This document shows positions 50,989 to 64,000 of a DNA stretch of 64,000 bases, one piece after another. The position numbers and the translations under genes are program-made. Source of the stretch: Aplysia californica (lineage: Eukaryota). The notes beneath the pieces were generated by a model. It did no database searches, had not been told where the DNA came from, and was given only the letters and a program-made list of their open reading frames with translations. Position 1 is the first letter of the stretch. Each line of letters begins with the position of its first letter. The DNA lies in the NCBI RefSeq assembly GCF_000002075.1, contig NW_004797908.1, positions 163,625-227,624 on the forward strand. The letters are read 5' to 3'.

Positions 50989-51109
50989 CGAATACATAGA
51001 GTGTAGTTAAACGACCCCCATCTATCCCCGAATAAATAGAGTGTAGTTAAACGACCCCCATCTGTCCCCGAATAAATAGAGTGTAGTTAAACGACCCCCA
51101 TCTGTCCCC
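50989..51109. repeat. 40-bp minisatellite x3
   Basis: CGAATAAATAGAGTGTAGTTAAACGACCCCCATCTGTCCC repeated three times head-to-tail with no spacers. Confidence 0.85.
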
Positions 51110-52607
51110 ACCCCCTTTTTTCACTAATCCACGGACGAATTGAAGCTGATTTTCCAAAATAAAGAACAGCACACAATTTTAATTTGTATTTTTCCTTGGG
51201 AGCGTGTTGGTGCAAACCAGTTTTATTTTTATAATGGTGCGATGACAACGTTCTGAACTAATTTACCTTAATGATCCCTTGACTATATACAAAATGTAGA
51301 TCTAGATCTATTATACAAACACGCAGTCTCTTTACATTCCCCAATAAGATTTTAGTATGCTATTGCGACAATATCAGACTCAATTCTCACCAAATTATGA
51401 GACCCAAAACCCCCTCCATTACTTTGATTGGTTTCAGTCTTATTTGGAAAAGTTTTTCGGGTGCAGATTTTGAATATGTGAATTACTTAACAGAAATAAA
51501 CGCTGCTAATAATCCTTAAGTAAAAATTGAAATACATAATATGCAAGCCTGCCTAAATGGCAATGAGAATAAAGCCCCCCCCCCCCCCCCCCCCCCCCAA
51601 AAAAAAATAAAGAATCTAAAAAATCTATCTTCTCTCCCAGTCTGATGTCTAACAATAACCTTAAGAAATACTACCTGAAGGTGGAAACCTGTGAAGAATG
51701 AGGCTTGTTACCCGAAGGAAGCGGCCTCCTAGGTGCAACCGGACCCATTCTTCACAGGGTTGTGCTTTGGTGTGGCATTTCATAAGGTTGGGGTTTATCA
51801 TCGCACTTAAACAATTGCATGTGGTATTAGCCTTTTAACATCTTTATGCGAAATCTACGCATCATGAGAGTTAGAGGCCATTTAAGTCTCCTGTGGTAAG
51901 TCCTCCCATCTCTTTTTACCCCCTTTACCTATTATCTCAGCACTATTTTTAACCTTGAAAACAACCTATTTAAGCCCACTTAGCGTCCGGCCATTANNNN
52001 NNNNNNNNNNNNNNNNNNNNNNNNNNNNNNNNNNNNNNNNNNNNNNNNNNNNNNNNNNNNNNNNNNNNNNNNNNNNNNNNNNNNNNNNNNNNNNNNNNNN
52101 NNNNNNNNNNNNNNNNNNNNNNNNNNNNNNNNNNNNNNNNNNNNNNNNNNNNNNNNNNNNNNNNNNNNNNNNNNNNNNNNNNNNNNNNNNNNNNNNNNNN
52201 NNNNNNNNNNNNNNNNNNNNNNNNNNNNNNNNNNNNNNNNNNNNNNNNNNNNNNNNNNNNNNNNNNNNNNNNNNNNNNNNNNNNNNNNNNNNNNNNNNNN
52301 NNNNNNNNNNNNNNNNNNNNNNNNNNNNNNNNNNNNNNNNNNNNNNNNNNNNNNNNNNNNNNNNNNNNNNNNNNNNNNNNNNNNNNNNNNNNNNNNNNNN
52401 NNNNNNNNNNNNNNNNNNNNNNNNNNNNNNNNNNNNNNNNNNNNNNNNNNNNNNNNNNNNNNNNNNNNNNNNNNNNNNNNNNNNNNNNNNNNNNNNNNNN
52501 NNNNNNNNNNNNNNNNNNNNNNNNNNNNNNNNNNNNNNNNNNNNNNNNNNNNNNNNNNNNNNNNNNNNNNNNNNNNNNNNNNNNNNNNNNNNNNNNNNNN
52601 NNNNNNN

Positions 52608-52642
<35 letters not shown>

Positions 52643-52759
52643 CTCTCTCTCTCTCTCTTCTGTTCAGCTTTTGCGCGCAATTATCTGGGACAATCTTATT
52701 TACCAACACTAGTAAGTATTTTCACAATCGTTATCGTCAAGAGTATTCGGCCAAGGCGA

Positions 52760-52972
52760 ACCCTGTTTGTGGTGCAGCAGTTAAATAGGTGTTTCACTAT
52801 AGCACGCAGGATACCCAAGTTCGATTCCCGAGAAAGGGGAGTTTTTGTCGAGTTTCTCGGCCTTTCTTCTGGGATGTTGTATCCCTTTCATCCCAGGTAG
52901 GCACATTGACAGGCAAGGTGGAAACCCTCCTCCTAAATGATCTAAATTGAGTCGATGGGGGCGTAAAAGCAC
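52760..52972 (+). mobile_element. Short tRNA-derived SINE, second family
   Basis: GTGGTGCAGCAGTTAA..AAGTTCGATTCCC head, shared CTAAATTGAGTCGATGGGGGCGTAAAA end. Confidence 0.6.
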
Positions 52973-53332
52973 TCTCATAAAAAAATAAAGTTGTAATATT
53001 TCGCTTCCTTAGAATCACAAAGTTCTATCTGACATTTGTGGCCGTTTTGAGTTACTAAGACCATGAATTCAGAAGCCAAATGTTCTAATTGCTCTATGAA
53101 AATCGTAAGATACATCGAAGTACTTACCAAAATAATTTAAAAATTGCATTCGAAAAAGATTGACCATAATATTGTGAAACTCAAATTTTTAACCTCGAAT
53201 TTCTCAAAACTAGAATATTGAGCAGATAGATCTTTGAAATTCTTGGGAAATGATTTTGATTTTTTCAGGGTGAATTCCTTATCAGGCTAGCTCTGCCGCG
53301 ACTTTGTAGTTAGTTTTTTCTCTTTTTTTTGG

Positions 53333-53851
53333 TAAGTGTTTTACGGCGTTCGCAACTGCATTAGGTCATATGAGCGCACGGGACATAATATATTAAGCAA
53401 TTATAGTTTGGTAGGAATTAATTTGGAATTTTGCCCAGACGACTGAAACTACTTTTATCAATCTTAGAATCACCCAGGAATCTTTCACTTGCACAACTTG
53501 CACACGGGGATCTCTGAGATTTTCGCCCTTTTCCGAGAAGGCTAAGTGTTTGATCTTACCTACCCTAAGACCTGGGTGTGACTGAAAGGCAGCAGTAAGG
53601 AGCCAAGGAGTAACAGTAGAACGGCTGCAGAAAGAGTCAGTTGCCCAGATGAGAGGGCAAAGGGTTAAAAAAAGAGGGGGGCGGGGGTAGAAAGTGGAGA
53701 ACAAAGCAGACCACAGAACATGGTTAGAGAGCAGGAGCGAAGGTGAGAAGATACAATTTTAGAGATTAACATTTCGCGTCGCTGTCAGGTTTTAAACCCT
53801 TGACTTGTTGAATCAGAGGCGAACATCGTACTTCGAGACTACGAAAGCCCC
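53333..53851 (-). mobile_element. tRNA-derived SINE (same family, more diverged)
   Basis: Colinear similarity to 15845-16260, plus the shared 3' stem-loop tail. Confidence 0.65.
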
Positions 53852-54201
53852 TCAAGATGTCGTCAGAGTACGTCACCAGCTCAAGGAAACTCCGCGGTTT
53901 TCTTGTTCATTCCGGAAGGATTCGATCCTTGGTCGCACCTCGAAACTGTGAAAAAAATATTTCATGTAATTACAACTTGGCAATTTCACTCGTGGGATAA
54001 ATCATGATCAACCACAATAACGCATGTAATAAATTATTTATTTAATAAACTCAGTAAGCTGTTTTGGCTAGACATCCACCGTTTCTACAGTGAACCTTCA
54101 TNNNNNNNNNNNNNNNNNNNNNNNNNNNNNNNNNNNNNNNNNNNNNNNNNNNNNNNNNNNNNNNNNNNNNNNNNNNNNNNNNNNNNNNNNNNNNNNNNNN
54201 N

Positions 54202-54998
54202 GTAGTTAGTTTTTTCTCTTTTTTTTGGTAAGTGTTTTACGGCGTTCGCAACTGCATTAGGTCATATGAGCGCACGGGACATAATATATTAAGCAATTAT
54301 AGTTTGGTAGGAATTAATTTGGAATTTTGCCCAGACGACTGAAACTACTTTTATCAATCTTAGAATCACCCAGGGATCTTTCACTTGCACAACTTGCACA
54401 CGGGGATCTCTGAGATTTTCGCCCTTTTCCGAGAAGGCTAAGTGTTTGATCTTACCTACCCTAAGACCTGGGGTGTGACTGAAAGGCAGCAGTAAGGAGC
54501 CAAGGAGTAACAGTAGAACGGCTGCAGAAAGAGTCAGTTGCCCAGATGAGAGGGCAAAGGGTTAAAAAAAGAGGGGGGCGGGGGTAGAAAGTGGAGAACA
54601 AAGCAGACCACAGAACATGGTTAGAGAGCAGGAGCGAAGGTGAGAAGATACAATTTTAGAGATTAACATTTCGCGTCGCTGTCAGGTTTTAAACCCTTGA
54701 CTTGTTGAATCAGAGGCGAACATCGTACTTCGAGACTACGAAAGCCCCTCAAGATGTCTTCAGAGTACGTCACCAGCTCAAGGAAACTCCGCGGTTTTCT
54801 TGTTTATTCCGGAAGGATTCGATCCTTGGTCGCACCTCGAAACTGTGAAAAAAATATTTCATGTAATTACAACTTGGCAATTTCACTCGTGGGATAAATC
54901 ATGATCAACCACAATAACGCATGTAATAAATTATTTATTTAATAAACTCAGTAAGCTGTTTTGGCTAGACATCCACCGTTTCTACAGTGAACCTTCAT
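54202..54998. repeat. Near-identical duplicate of 53306-54101 (assembly/haplotype overlap)
   Basis: Essentially identical blocks on either side of an exactly 100-N gap (54102-54201). Confidence 0.85.
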
Positions 54999-57692
54999 AA
55001 TACTTTATATACGCTCGTAAACGCNNNNNNNNNNNNNNNNNNNNNNNNNNNNNNNNNNNNNNNNNNNNNNNNNNNNNNNNNNNNNNNNNNNNNNNNNNNN
55101 NNNNNNNNNNNNNNNNNNNNNNNNNNNNNNNNNNNNNNNNNNNNNNNNNNNNNNNNNNNNNNNNNNNNNNNNNCTATGAAAGGGATAAAAATAATGGTAA
55201 TCGGTAACATCATTCTGCAAACGTGCGGCGAAAATCGGATAAAATCGTAGCTAACAAAAGTGGGATGAAATCATGCAGTAAAACGAAAATGTGCGGCGAA
55301 AACGAGTGTGCTGGTTCGATACATCCTCTGCATGTAAAAGAACCCAACTACAACCAAACCTCAAAAAATACTTTTTAAAGAAATTATGTTGGGGTATAAT
55401 ATATAATTAAATGTGATAAAATCTAGATCTATAATATAATTCTTCGGTACTACTCAATATTTCTTTTTCTGTACTCAATCACCCCCCCCCCAACAAAAAA
55501 CAAAACAAATCAAACAAAACAAGAAGAAAATTAAAATTCCAACTATAAAGCATGGTGGTTGATAAAAGGAATTTCATAACATCAAATTATTACTGCTAAT
55601 AATGCATATTATTATTCTATCTAGCATTTTGTTTGCAGTACTTTGAAATTCACTTTTGAATCTATCACAGCAGCAACATTAGTACCAATCAAATTATTAT
55701 TTTCTTTAAAAACCCGAAACCATTAATAAAATAAATATTCTTATCTCATCTTGTCATGTTCAACTTGCACACTGACATTTCTTGGTCACATTTCATTTGC
55801 TCAGCAACTAAAGACTATTCACGCTAGTCAAACAAAAACCTAGCTCTTGCATATCCTACAGCTTATAGTTAATTTTCTTTGTTTTTTATTTTTACATGGA
55901 AATTGTTGGTAAAGTACGACAAAGGGGTCTTACAAGATTTTAATTTTTTTTTTAAAGGGGGGGGGGTGGGTGGGCTTTTGTTAAGTTTGCGGGTTATTTT
56001 TGAAAAAAAAATCAGTGGGGTTGGGGGGGGGGTGATAATATGGCTGGAGGAAGAAGTAATTGCATGTACTTTAAAAGAGTAATTAGAAATAGCTATAATA
56101 GGCCTATATGCCATCTGAAGTGGAACAGCGTTTATCTGTGGTGTAGAGGTTTGGCGTTTCGCTGTCTGTCGCACAAAGGAGACCCAGTATCCCAGTCTTC
56201 CTGTTGGGATGTTGGGAGATGTATCCTGGGTTGACCTAGAAAAGGGTAAGCCCGCCTTTTTAATGATCTCCTTTGTGTCGATGGGCTCGTAAAAACACCG
56301 TCTTTTAAAGAAAATTCATCTAAAGGGATAGAACAAACGAAGAGGGGGTGCAAAATCCCCCAAAACTTTACAATCTACACTAATAGAGAAAAATCTAAAT
56401 TGTTATCTATGGGTAGAGAACAAGTGGGGTGGGGGAAAATCCCAACCATCTATTCTTTCAAACTTCTATGTTATATCAAGGGATAGGCGTAGATTCTAAT
56501 TTACAAGCAATAAGGGGTAAAACAAGTGGTCAGGAACGGAAAAAAAAGAAAAAAAGAAATAAGTGGCTAAACATATTGTTTTTAAATGTCAAGGAAAGGG
56601 GCTCAGTGATAACATTTTAATTCCTGTATTTTTTCAAAATTTGTAAAGAACGGGAAAGCAAAAACAAAAGCAAAAAAACCCCTACAAAAACAAACAAACA
56701 AACAAAACTAATTACACCTCCCCAGAAAAACAAACAAAACAACAACAACAACATATCAAAAAAGAAAAAAGTAGTAACAAACAAACAAAAGCAACAACTA
56801 GAAAATTAAACAACAAACTTTAATCTATAGAAACTGTTGTAGAAACACAACAGCATCAGGCAATTTGTCACGGTGTGAGGTATATTACTATAGATTATAG
56901 ATCTCTCGCTACCTTAGAATTACAAAACGAAGTGTATACAGACCTGGTAACCGGGAACAAAGTCATGAAGTATCACAGAAAAATTCTGTGCGAAGTATAC
57001 AATCCGGTAGGGGAAATCTTTTGTGATATCGGAACGTTTCAGATGGTAAACAGATGGGACAATGACAAGGGGATAAAGTCCCTATGATAGTGTCTGAAGT
57101 TAAAAGACACAGTTGTATATTTTTCCTCTTTTCTACTCTCAAATTTTCTGTTCCAGACACGACCNNNNNNNNNNNNNNNNNNNNNNNNNNNNNNNNNNNN
57201 NNNNNNNNNNNNNNNNNNNNNNNNNNNNNNNNNNNNNNNNNNNNNNNNNNNNNNNNNNNNNNNNNNNNNNNNNNNNNNNNNNNNNNNNNNNNNNNNNNNN
57301 NNNNNNNNNNNNGCGCACGCACACGCACACCCCACACAAACACACACACACACACTCACACACACACACACACACACATACACACACACATACACACACA
57401 CATACACGCGCACTACCGGGCTTTTTTGTTGTTGAGTTTTTCGCAACATGCCAAACTTGTTCAACTGTATTTCTTTGTAGAACTTGATAAACTTAAGAAA
57501 AGAACAACTTCTTTCCTTCTATTTTCTTCAGTTTGATCCAACAATGTTAGTTTGATGAACTAGGCTAATTAACTTCCCATTTTCTCCCCTTTCTAGATCT
57601 AGTTATCTCACAGAATTCTACACTTGGTAGTATTCTTTCGTATTGTGAGGTAAAAAAAACCCCCAGATAAATGATGGAAGACACTGGTTACT

Positions 57693-57818
57693 ACTTCCGG
57701 GTTTGTTTAGCCACTTTCGTTTTCTACCGTTTCTCTTTCCTCTTGGTTTTGTCACAACCACTCTTCCAGCCGGCGTCCCAGCCGCTCTTACCCCTGACTT
57801 GAGCCTATTGCTGCCTCG
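57693..57818 (+). promoter_or_regulatory. Putative CORO7 promoter and non-coding first exon
   Basis: ETS-type ACTTCCGG at 57693-57700, then a pyrimidine/CpG-containing stretch ending in a canonical CG|GTAAGT donor at 57819. The next acceptor (59751) precedes the ATG. Confidence 0.55.
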
Positions 57819-59784
57819 GTAAGTTTAAGGTCTTTCAAAACTATTCCTTAAACTTTTGGAACGATTCTGCCCGGCAGACTGAATTTTGATCGGTAGAATG
57901 AGTCATATAAATTTGGATTTGTCTTCAAATTTTAGGTCCAAATTTTATGAGTCGTGTGTGTAGCAACAAAGACACGCCCCCTCATTATTAATCACAGGGC
58001 GTAGGAAGTTAGATCTAGAGATATAGAAATGTAATAAACACTTTTTTAAAAGACACACATATTTCTGAACCCTCGGGAGGACTTCCGAAATGAGGGACCA
58101 CAATGAGACAGAGTAGAATAGAGGGATGCGGGCTGGGTTAGGAGTTCTGTGTTTGTTGGAGAGGTGGCTCATTATGATTAAATTAAGGAAGCCCTGCCTT
58201 CCAAACTCTTTTACTTTTAGTACAGAACATGCTTCTCTCCAATATGACACACTCATTAAAAGTATTTGATTTAATGTGCTTACTAAGTTTAGATCTATAG
58301 AACTTTAAAACTTAAAGATTGATTGGAATGGCATTTCTTTTACTGTATCACATTTCGGCAGGAATTCAATTCCATAACGAGCGACCACTATGAAATAGAT
58401 AGAGAGGGTTAGGGGGGTCCCTTCCTTATTTTGTTTGTTAGGGTGGTCGCTGGTTACGGAAGTCCTTCCCAAATTTCAATGGCAATGAAACTGAAATGAA
58501 GATGCTAAGGGTCATGTCTGGAACAGAAAATTTGAGAATAGAAAAGAGGGGGAAAAAATACAAAAGAGTCTTTTAACTTTGGACATTATCTTATCATAGG
58601 GACTTTAACCATCTCATTGTCTCATCTGTTTACAATTTAGCACAGATAAAACACTCAAAACTTGAAATCACCAATAGAGCTAGATAGATCTCAATTTAAG
58701 TACAATGGCATTCTCCGACTACCACTTTTTTTTTGTATTGGCAACACTTTTCTCAATCATGATTTGTTGAGCAGCTCATCTAGTAAAACTTGATCAGATT
58801 TTTCCTTTCAAACATCTCAAATTTAAATAGCTATGTGCGCAAGATGAAAAAATACCCACACCCATCATCATGATGCACACACTGTTGGTATCCAGATCAG
58901 ATGCCTCATCGCACATCACCATTAGAAAGAGAGTTGGTCTTCAACTCAATGCTTTGCATGTTTCTAAAATATCACGATAAAATTTAAAAATGCCAGCATT
59001 GGATGTCAACCTGATAGAAAGGTTTTTCTGATTCTGCTTTGAGTGTTTTACACTTTGTGCTGATGATTCATTACAGTATGTCCAAGACAATCCCAACTTT
59101 TTAGTTTGTTTTAGTAGAGGTTTTACTGGGCTCGCAACTGCATAAGGTCATATGAGCGCCAAGAGGTGGATGTGTCAACAGAGAAGTCCTTACAGGGATT
59201 TAGGCTTACTCTGCTCACCTCTCTAGCTTCAACAGCACAAAGTCTGCTTCGACTATCAAGGCACCCCGAAATAGCGGGTCACAAGAGTTGGACAAACATA
59301 CAAAAGAAGTAGAGGAAAAAGGACGATGGTGAGGATTAGGAAAGAAAAAGCAGCAGTTCCCTGTTGCAGTTCGTTCAGGCACAGTTATGAGCATGACATT
59401 GATGAAGCAGCCCATTTACAATTCTACTGTGCATAAGAACATGTTAATGTCCCCGCTTTGGAAATGGCCTAAAAACACTGAACAGTCTGTAGCACCGCCC
59501 TGGGGGGTAAATCCCAACTTCTAAGGGGCAAGAGGGGAGACAGAGAGTGCACCGCAGTTGGACATTAAATGAGGTCTTATAGTAGTCATAGTGGCCTAGT
59601 GTTAGCCTATAGTGTTCTTTGTCTGTTTTTTTGGTCTTGTTTCACATTTGTGTTCATCATTGCATCTTTAAATTTTAGTAGATCAGGATTGCTTCTCTTC
59701 GACAAGTCATCTTTCTAATTAATATGATGTTTCCTTTTTTTTTTGTTTCAGTGCAGAGACTAAGAGATCAGTCAAAGCCCAATA

Positions 59785-62700
59785 ATGGCGTGGCGTTTTA
59801 AAGTTTCAAAATATAAGAATGCTGCTCCTAAGTTTTTACGGAAAGAGGTACGTTGACATTTTTTTTCAGTGTTATTATATTGGTCTTTTTGTTAGCTTTA
59901 TTGAATTTTATTCCTACAACAATGTTTTAAGTCATTGGCACCACAGTATTATATCACTTTTTAAACATTGAGCTATTTATAGTATAAATCTTGTACAAAA
60001 AGAAAATAGCCCCTCCAGAACAACTCTAAGTGTGTGCCTGCCAAATTAGGTCAAACACCTCATTTTGAAAAGAAATGTAATTCCTTTCTTATTATTGTCT
60101 TCCAAAGCTGATCAAACTTCCATGTAGAATGTTGTTTTTACTTTTATAGTATCCACCAATTGTAATTGCGGTTATGGATAACATAATCATGATAATTGGA
60201 GATAAAAATTAAATAGTCTTTGACCTAATTTGGTAGATAAACATTTATAGTCGGAAACCGACGATATCTCTATTCTGTTTCTACTTTTTTCTTACAGGAA
60301 AATATCCTAGACATCCCAGTATCTGATGTGGCTCAGTCGTGCGGAAATCATATTAAGTCCAGCTGTGTCTACTTTGCTTTCAACATTGACTCAGGAGGTA
60401 TGTAACACTTATTTTTTAGTTTTTACATGGCAAGCCAGTTCAGCTACCACTTGCTATCACTGTGTTGTTTACTGTCACCTAAAAAAAACCTACGAAACCT
60501 CAGCAAATCTATTTTGTTTATAATTCAAATGTATGTTTAAGCCTACTGCATGAATAATTCATGGGGTTTTTTCAGTTTGGTGTTTATTTTATGTTAAAAT
60601 TTCTTTTTTGTTGAAAAACTGGATGACAGAATTAGCTACGTTTCAAAGGTGGAAAAATAGCCTTCCGTTTACTAAGAGCTGAGAGAGAAAAGATAAGATA
60701 CGATAACATAAGATACAACTTTATTGTACACATCCTGGTTTGGTGTTTCACCACGTAAACACGTACACACGCATACGGATCAACCTCCTGATTATGATGC
60801 AGGTCTCACTGTACTTTCTGCATGTCATGGCGAACTGAATTTTGAGTGTTCATGATAGCTATAGAATGCTATGAAAAGATTATGAGATTTGTTTGTTTTT
60901 CAGCCTCCACTCATCCAAACTTTTTCAGGGCTCTTAAAGAATTTATATTTTTGTATTGTGTGTTGATGTGCTTTCCACACTTCTGTCTACAGGTGGAGGA
61001 AATTTGGGTTTTCTCCCTTTATCGGCAAGTGGTCGCCAGGGGGGCTCACTGCCTATTCTTCAGGCTCATGGAGGTAGGAGTTAATTCTTTGTCTCTTGAT
61101 TGTCTTTTTACTATTGTTAATCTGTAATCATTCAATGGATGGAAAAAAGCCGAGATTGCAAGGTAAAAATAAGAGAGAAATAAGCTGACCACCTCCTCTG
61201 TGTGTGCAGTGTCTGCGTGTCAGCATTCTGTCATATGGCTTGATATCGTTCTGTTGCAGATAAACCCATGAACATATGTTTTTCCCACCCGCATGGGAAG
61301 CTATGAGTCTTGACTTCCCGTTGCAAGTGAAATGGCATGCAGTCTACTAGCCTGCAGTGGCAATGTGGCATGCTTTGTCATCTTTAATGAGACATTGTAG
61401 CCAAGAAGTTACTCAATTGAGAATTATTTTTGACTCTTAGAAACCTAGTGTGTATCTCAGAAAGTTTTACCAAGCATTCTGTAGATGTCAGAAAAATAGA
61501 ACAGCTCAGTTTGACAGGCTGCTGAATCATACAGTCTCAGCTGCTAGGCTGCTCCTATTTATTGTTAGCAGCCCTTTTGTTTTTCACTTTGCTAATCCTG
61601 AATCAGCCAACCAGGGTGTTAGCATTGAGAATATTATCAACCAACTGTTCAGATGTAATAAGCACAAAATTTTGAATGAAAAATATTTTTTATTGCAGTT
61701 TCTTAATCTGTTTGCATAGGTTGTATGTGCTGAAGTCATATATTTTGTTGAAATTGAAATTATTAATGTTGATCAAAAGCAGGAAAAGATACGTAATCTA
61801 GGTATGATTTTTAAATGAGGGAAGCATTTTTTTTTCTCTATCTCCTGAAAAATTTTGCTGCCTTTACTTAAAACAATTGAACAGCTTGTCAATGAAATGT
61901 AAATAAATGCTTCACAAGTATCTAATTCATGAAAGTGTATCTTGATCTGTAATATTTTAATTCCTTTTCCTTTTGTTCCTGCAGATGTCGTCACTGATTT
62001 TGACTTCTCACCATTTGATGACTACTTGTTGGCCACAGGAGCTCAAGATAACAAGGTGAGTCTCTCTGTTTATGTGTTTATTGTACTATTCTGATAGCCT
62101 GCTGAACATAGGTCTATGAGGGAACAACACCTGGCACTGTGGGGTTTCCAGGCCCTCAATTAATTCGTATCTTCGTACATACACATAAAGAAATAAAGGT
62201 ATTGAGTTAGTAAAAAAGAAGGCCCCATTTTACCAATGATGATTATCCTCCCCCTCCCCTTCACGATTTGTGAACTCGCAAAATGTAGGCTCTTTTTTGT
62301 AATGTCAGTGGCACACTTTTTAGACTGATTGTCAGTGGGGTGTGTCCTGAAACTGAAAATGATTCTAAAACTCTAGCTGAAAGACAGGATATTGTTCTTT
62401 TTTAAAAATTGTATGATGTTATGAATTATAAAGCCTGTTGAAACTTGTGAATTATTTCATGTGTGCATTAGATATGACGTGTCAGTGGGTCACAAAATTG
62501 ATCTGCATGATGAAAGAAATGAGGGTTCGATACAGAGTACCTTTCTTCTCTGCATTGTAACCCTCAGGGACTGTATTTGGCACATTAAATTAAGGTACTG
62601 ATATCTTAAAATGGCCCTGATGGACCACAATACAGTGTTTCATATCAGACTTGTACTTGCTGTCTAAAAATTGACCCATGATAAACCTTTATAAAATTAG

Positions 62701-63935
62701 AGTAGTCTGTCTATTTAATATATTTCCATGTACCATTTCAACTTTCATTATTTCTTTCACACTGTAATCAGCTTCAAGGTCTAGAGGGTTAAGCTTGTTC
62801 CCTAAATCGTGAATCCTACAGGTGAAGTTGTGGCTCCTCCCCGAGGAAGAGTCTATAGAGAATGTGTCGGAGGCCGTGCTGTCTCTGCCTGCGTACGAGC
62901 GGCGTGTGGAGAACGTGTTGTGGAACCCGTGCGCTGACGGAGTCCTCGCTGTCACGACGGACAAAAGTGTCAAGATCTACGACATTTCTGGGTCCGGCGG
63001 ATCAGAGATCTTCTGTAGGTTGATATGACGTGGTTGTGAATTGCTCTGTATTTGCGTAGTATTGTGTATTTATGTATGTATTTGTGTACATATTTATGTC
63101 TGTATGTATGTATTTATGATTATGTATGTTTGCCATTTGTATGTATACTTTGTCTTTGACTATAGCTTCTGGGTGTTTATACATTTATTGGTATATATTT
63201 ATTTTGGACCCATTACTTGACCCTCAAAACATCATAGTTGGGTTTTGAACTTAAACCAATCAAATATCTGCTTTTCCAGCATTCTCTGATCACGGTGACC
63301 AGGTGCAAGGCGTGTCTTGGCATGGCGACGGAGGGTTGCTGGTCACGACGTGTAAGGACAAGAAGATACGCGTCATCGACCCTCGCTCTAACTCTGTGGT
63401 GCAGGTGAGAAGAACACAGTTGTCAGGTCGACCACACTTGTCTTGAAATCTCATAGAATGTTGTAAAACTGTAGGGGATGTTGGAAACTTTTTTTCTTTT
63501 GAATGGCACTTTTGCGCCTCAGTTTTGTAAGCTCCCAAGAACACATGAAAGACTTTGTGTGAAGTAAAAGTTAAGTTTTTGTATAAATTTCAGCTACATT
63601 TCCTTTGAACTTTTCATGACGTGAGAATAACAATGTTTTATCTGCTTTTTATAAATGTGTTCTGTACAACACTGTTAAGGGTTGGCTATCCTGCTACTAA
63701 AAAAATTGAATTTGAAATTTATGAAAGCCCCAAAACTTTATGAGAACTGCAAAACAGTGAGTCTTAATCCCATTTCTGTGGATCTCAAGTCTTCGCCATT
63801 GCATATATTTATCCAGAAATAGGACTTTCTTTTCTTGTGATATTTCAGGAGGGAGCCGGACATCCCAACGTGAAGGACTCCAGAGTCTTGTGGCTGGCCG
63901 GGAAAGAGTTTATATTGTCTACAGGTTTCAGCCAG
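59785..63935 (+). CDS. CORO7: Coronin-7 / POD-1 (5' exons; gene continues beyond the window)
   Basis: Exons 59785-59847, 60298-60397, 60993-61073, 61985-62055, 62822-63014, 63280-63404, 63849-63935 are phase-consistent. They translate to MAWRFKVSKYKNAAPK..SCGNHIKSSCVYFAFN..AHGDVVTDFDFSPFDDYLLATGAQDNKVKLW..TTCKDKKIRVIDPR..KDSRVLW, the coronin WD40 N-terminus with the POD-1/CORO7-type start. Confidence 0.92.
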
Positions 63936-64000
63936 GTAATCCATCACAATGGGTCAGTGAGATCTCAGTTATGAGAAAGGAAGTGGGTTAGAGGGGGGCA

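Noticed and set aside
50989-51109. CRISPR-like array of ~40-bp repeats
   Set aside because: The repeats are head-to-tail with no unique spacers, the context is eukaryotic and there are no cas genes.

Overview
Repeat-rich, gapped eukaryotic scaffold, most likely from a gastropod mollusc (inferred from the intronless ARC-motif chemoreceptor-type GPCR and Deu/Nin-type SINEs). Five genes were assembled by hand from GT-AG sites with consistent exon phases. (1) A ~546-aa secreted Gly/Asn/Phe/Val-rich repetitive structural protein (- strand, 4084-10525). (2) A ~746-aa secreted precursor with a long low-complexity pro-region, a furin-type RRKR site and a 111-aa, 10-Cys Spaetzle/neurotrophin-like cystine-knot domain (- strand, 21331-~30592); the ORF track does not show it as one unit. 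(3) Head-to-head with it, a ~342-aa secreted S1-family serine protease zymogen with an intact His/Asp/Ser triad and a non-tryptic S1 pocket (+ strand, 34248-45221); its exons 3-4 occur twice across a 100-N gap. (4) An intronless class A GPCR (- strand, 48881-50047). (5) The 5' part of coronin-7/POD-1 (+ strand, from 59785 to the window end). The rest is tRNA-derived SINEs, MITEs, LINE fragments, microsatellites and three duplications at 100-N gaps that are probably uncollapsed haplotypes. The best novelty candidate is the Spaetzle-like cystine-knot precursor, divergently paired with a secreted protease and next to a secreted Gly-rich structural gene.
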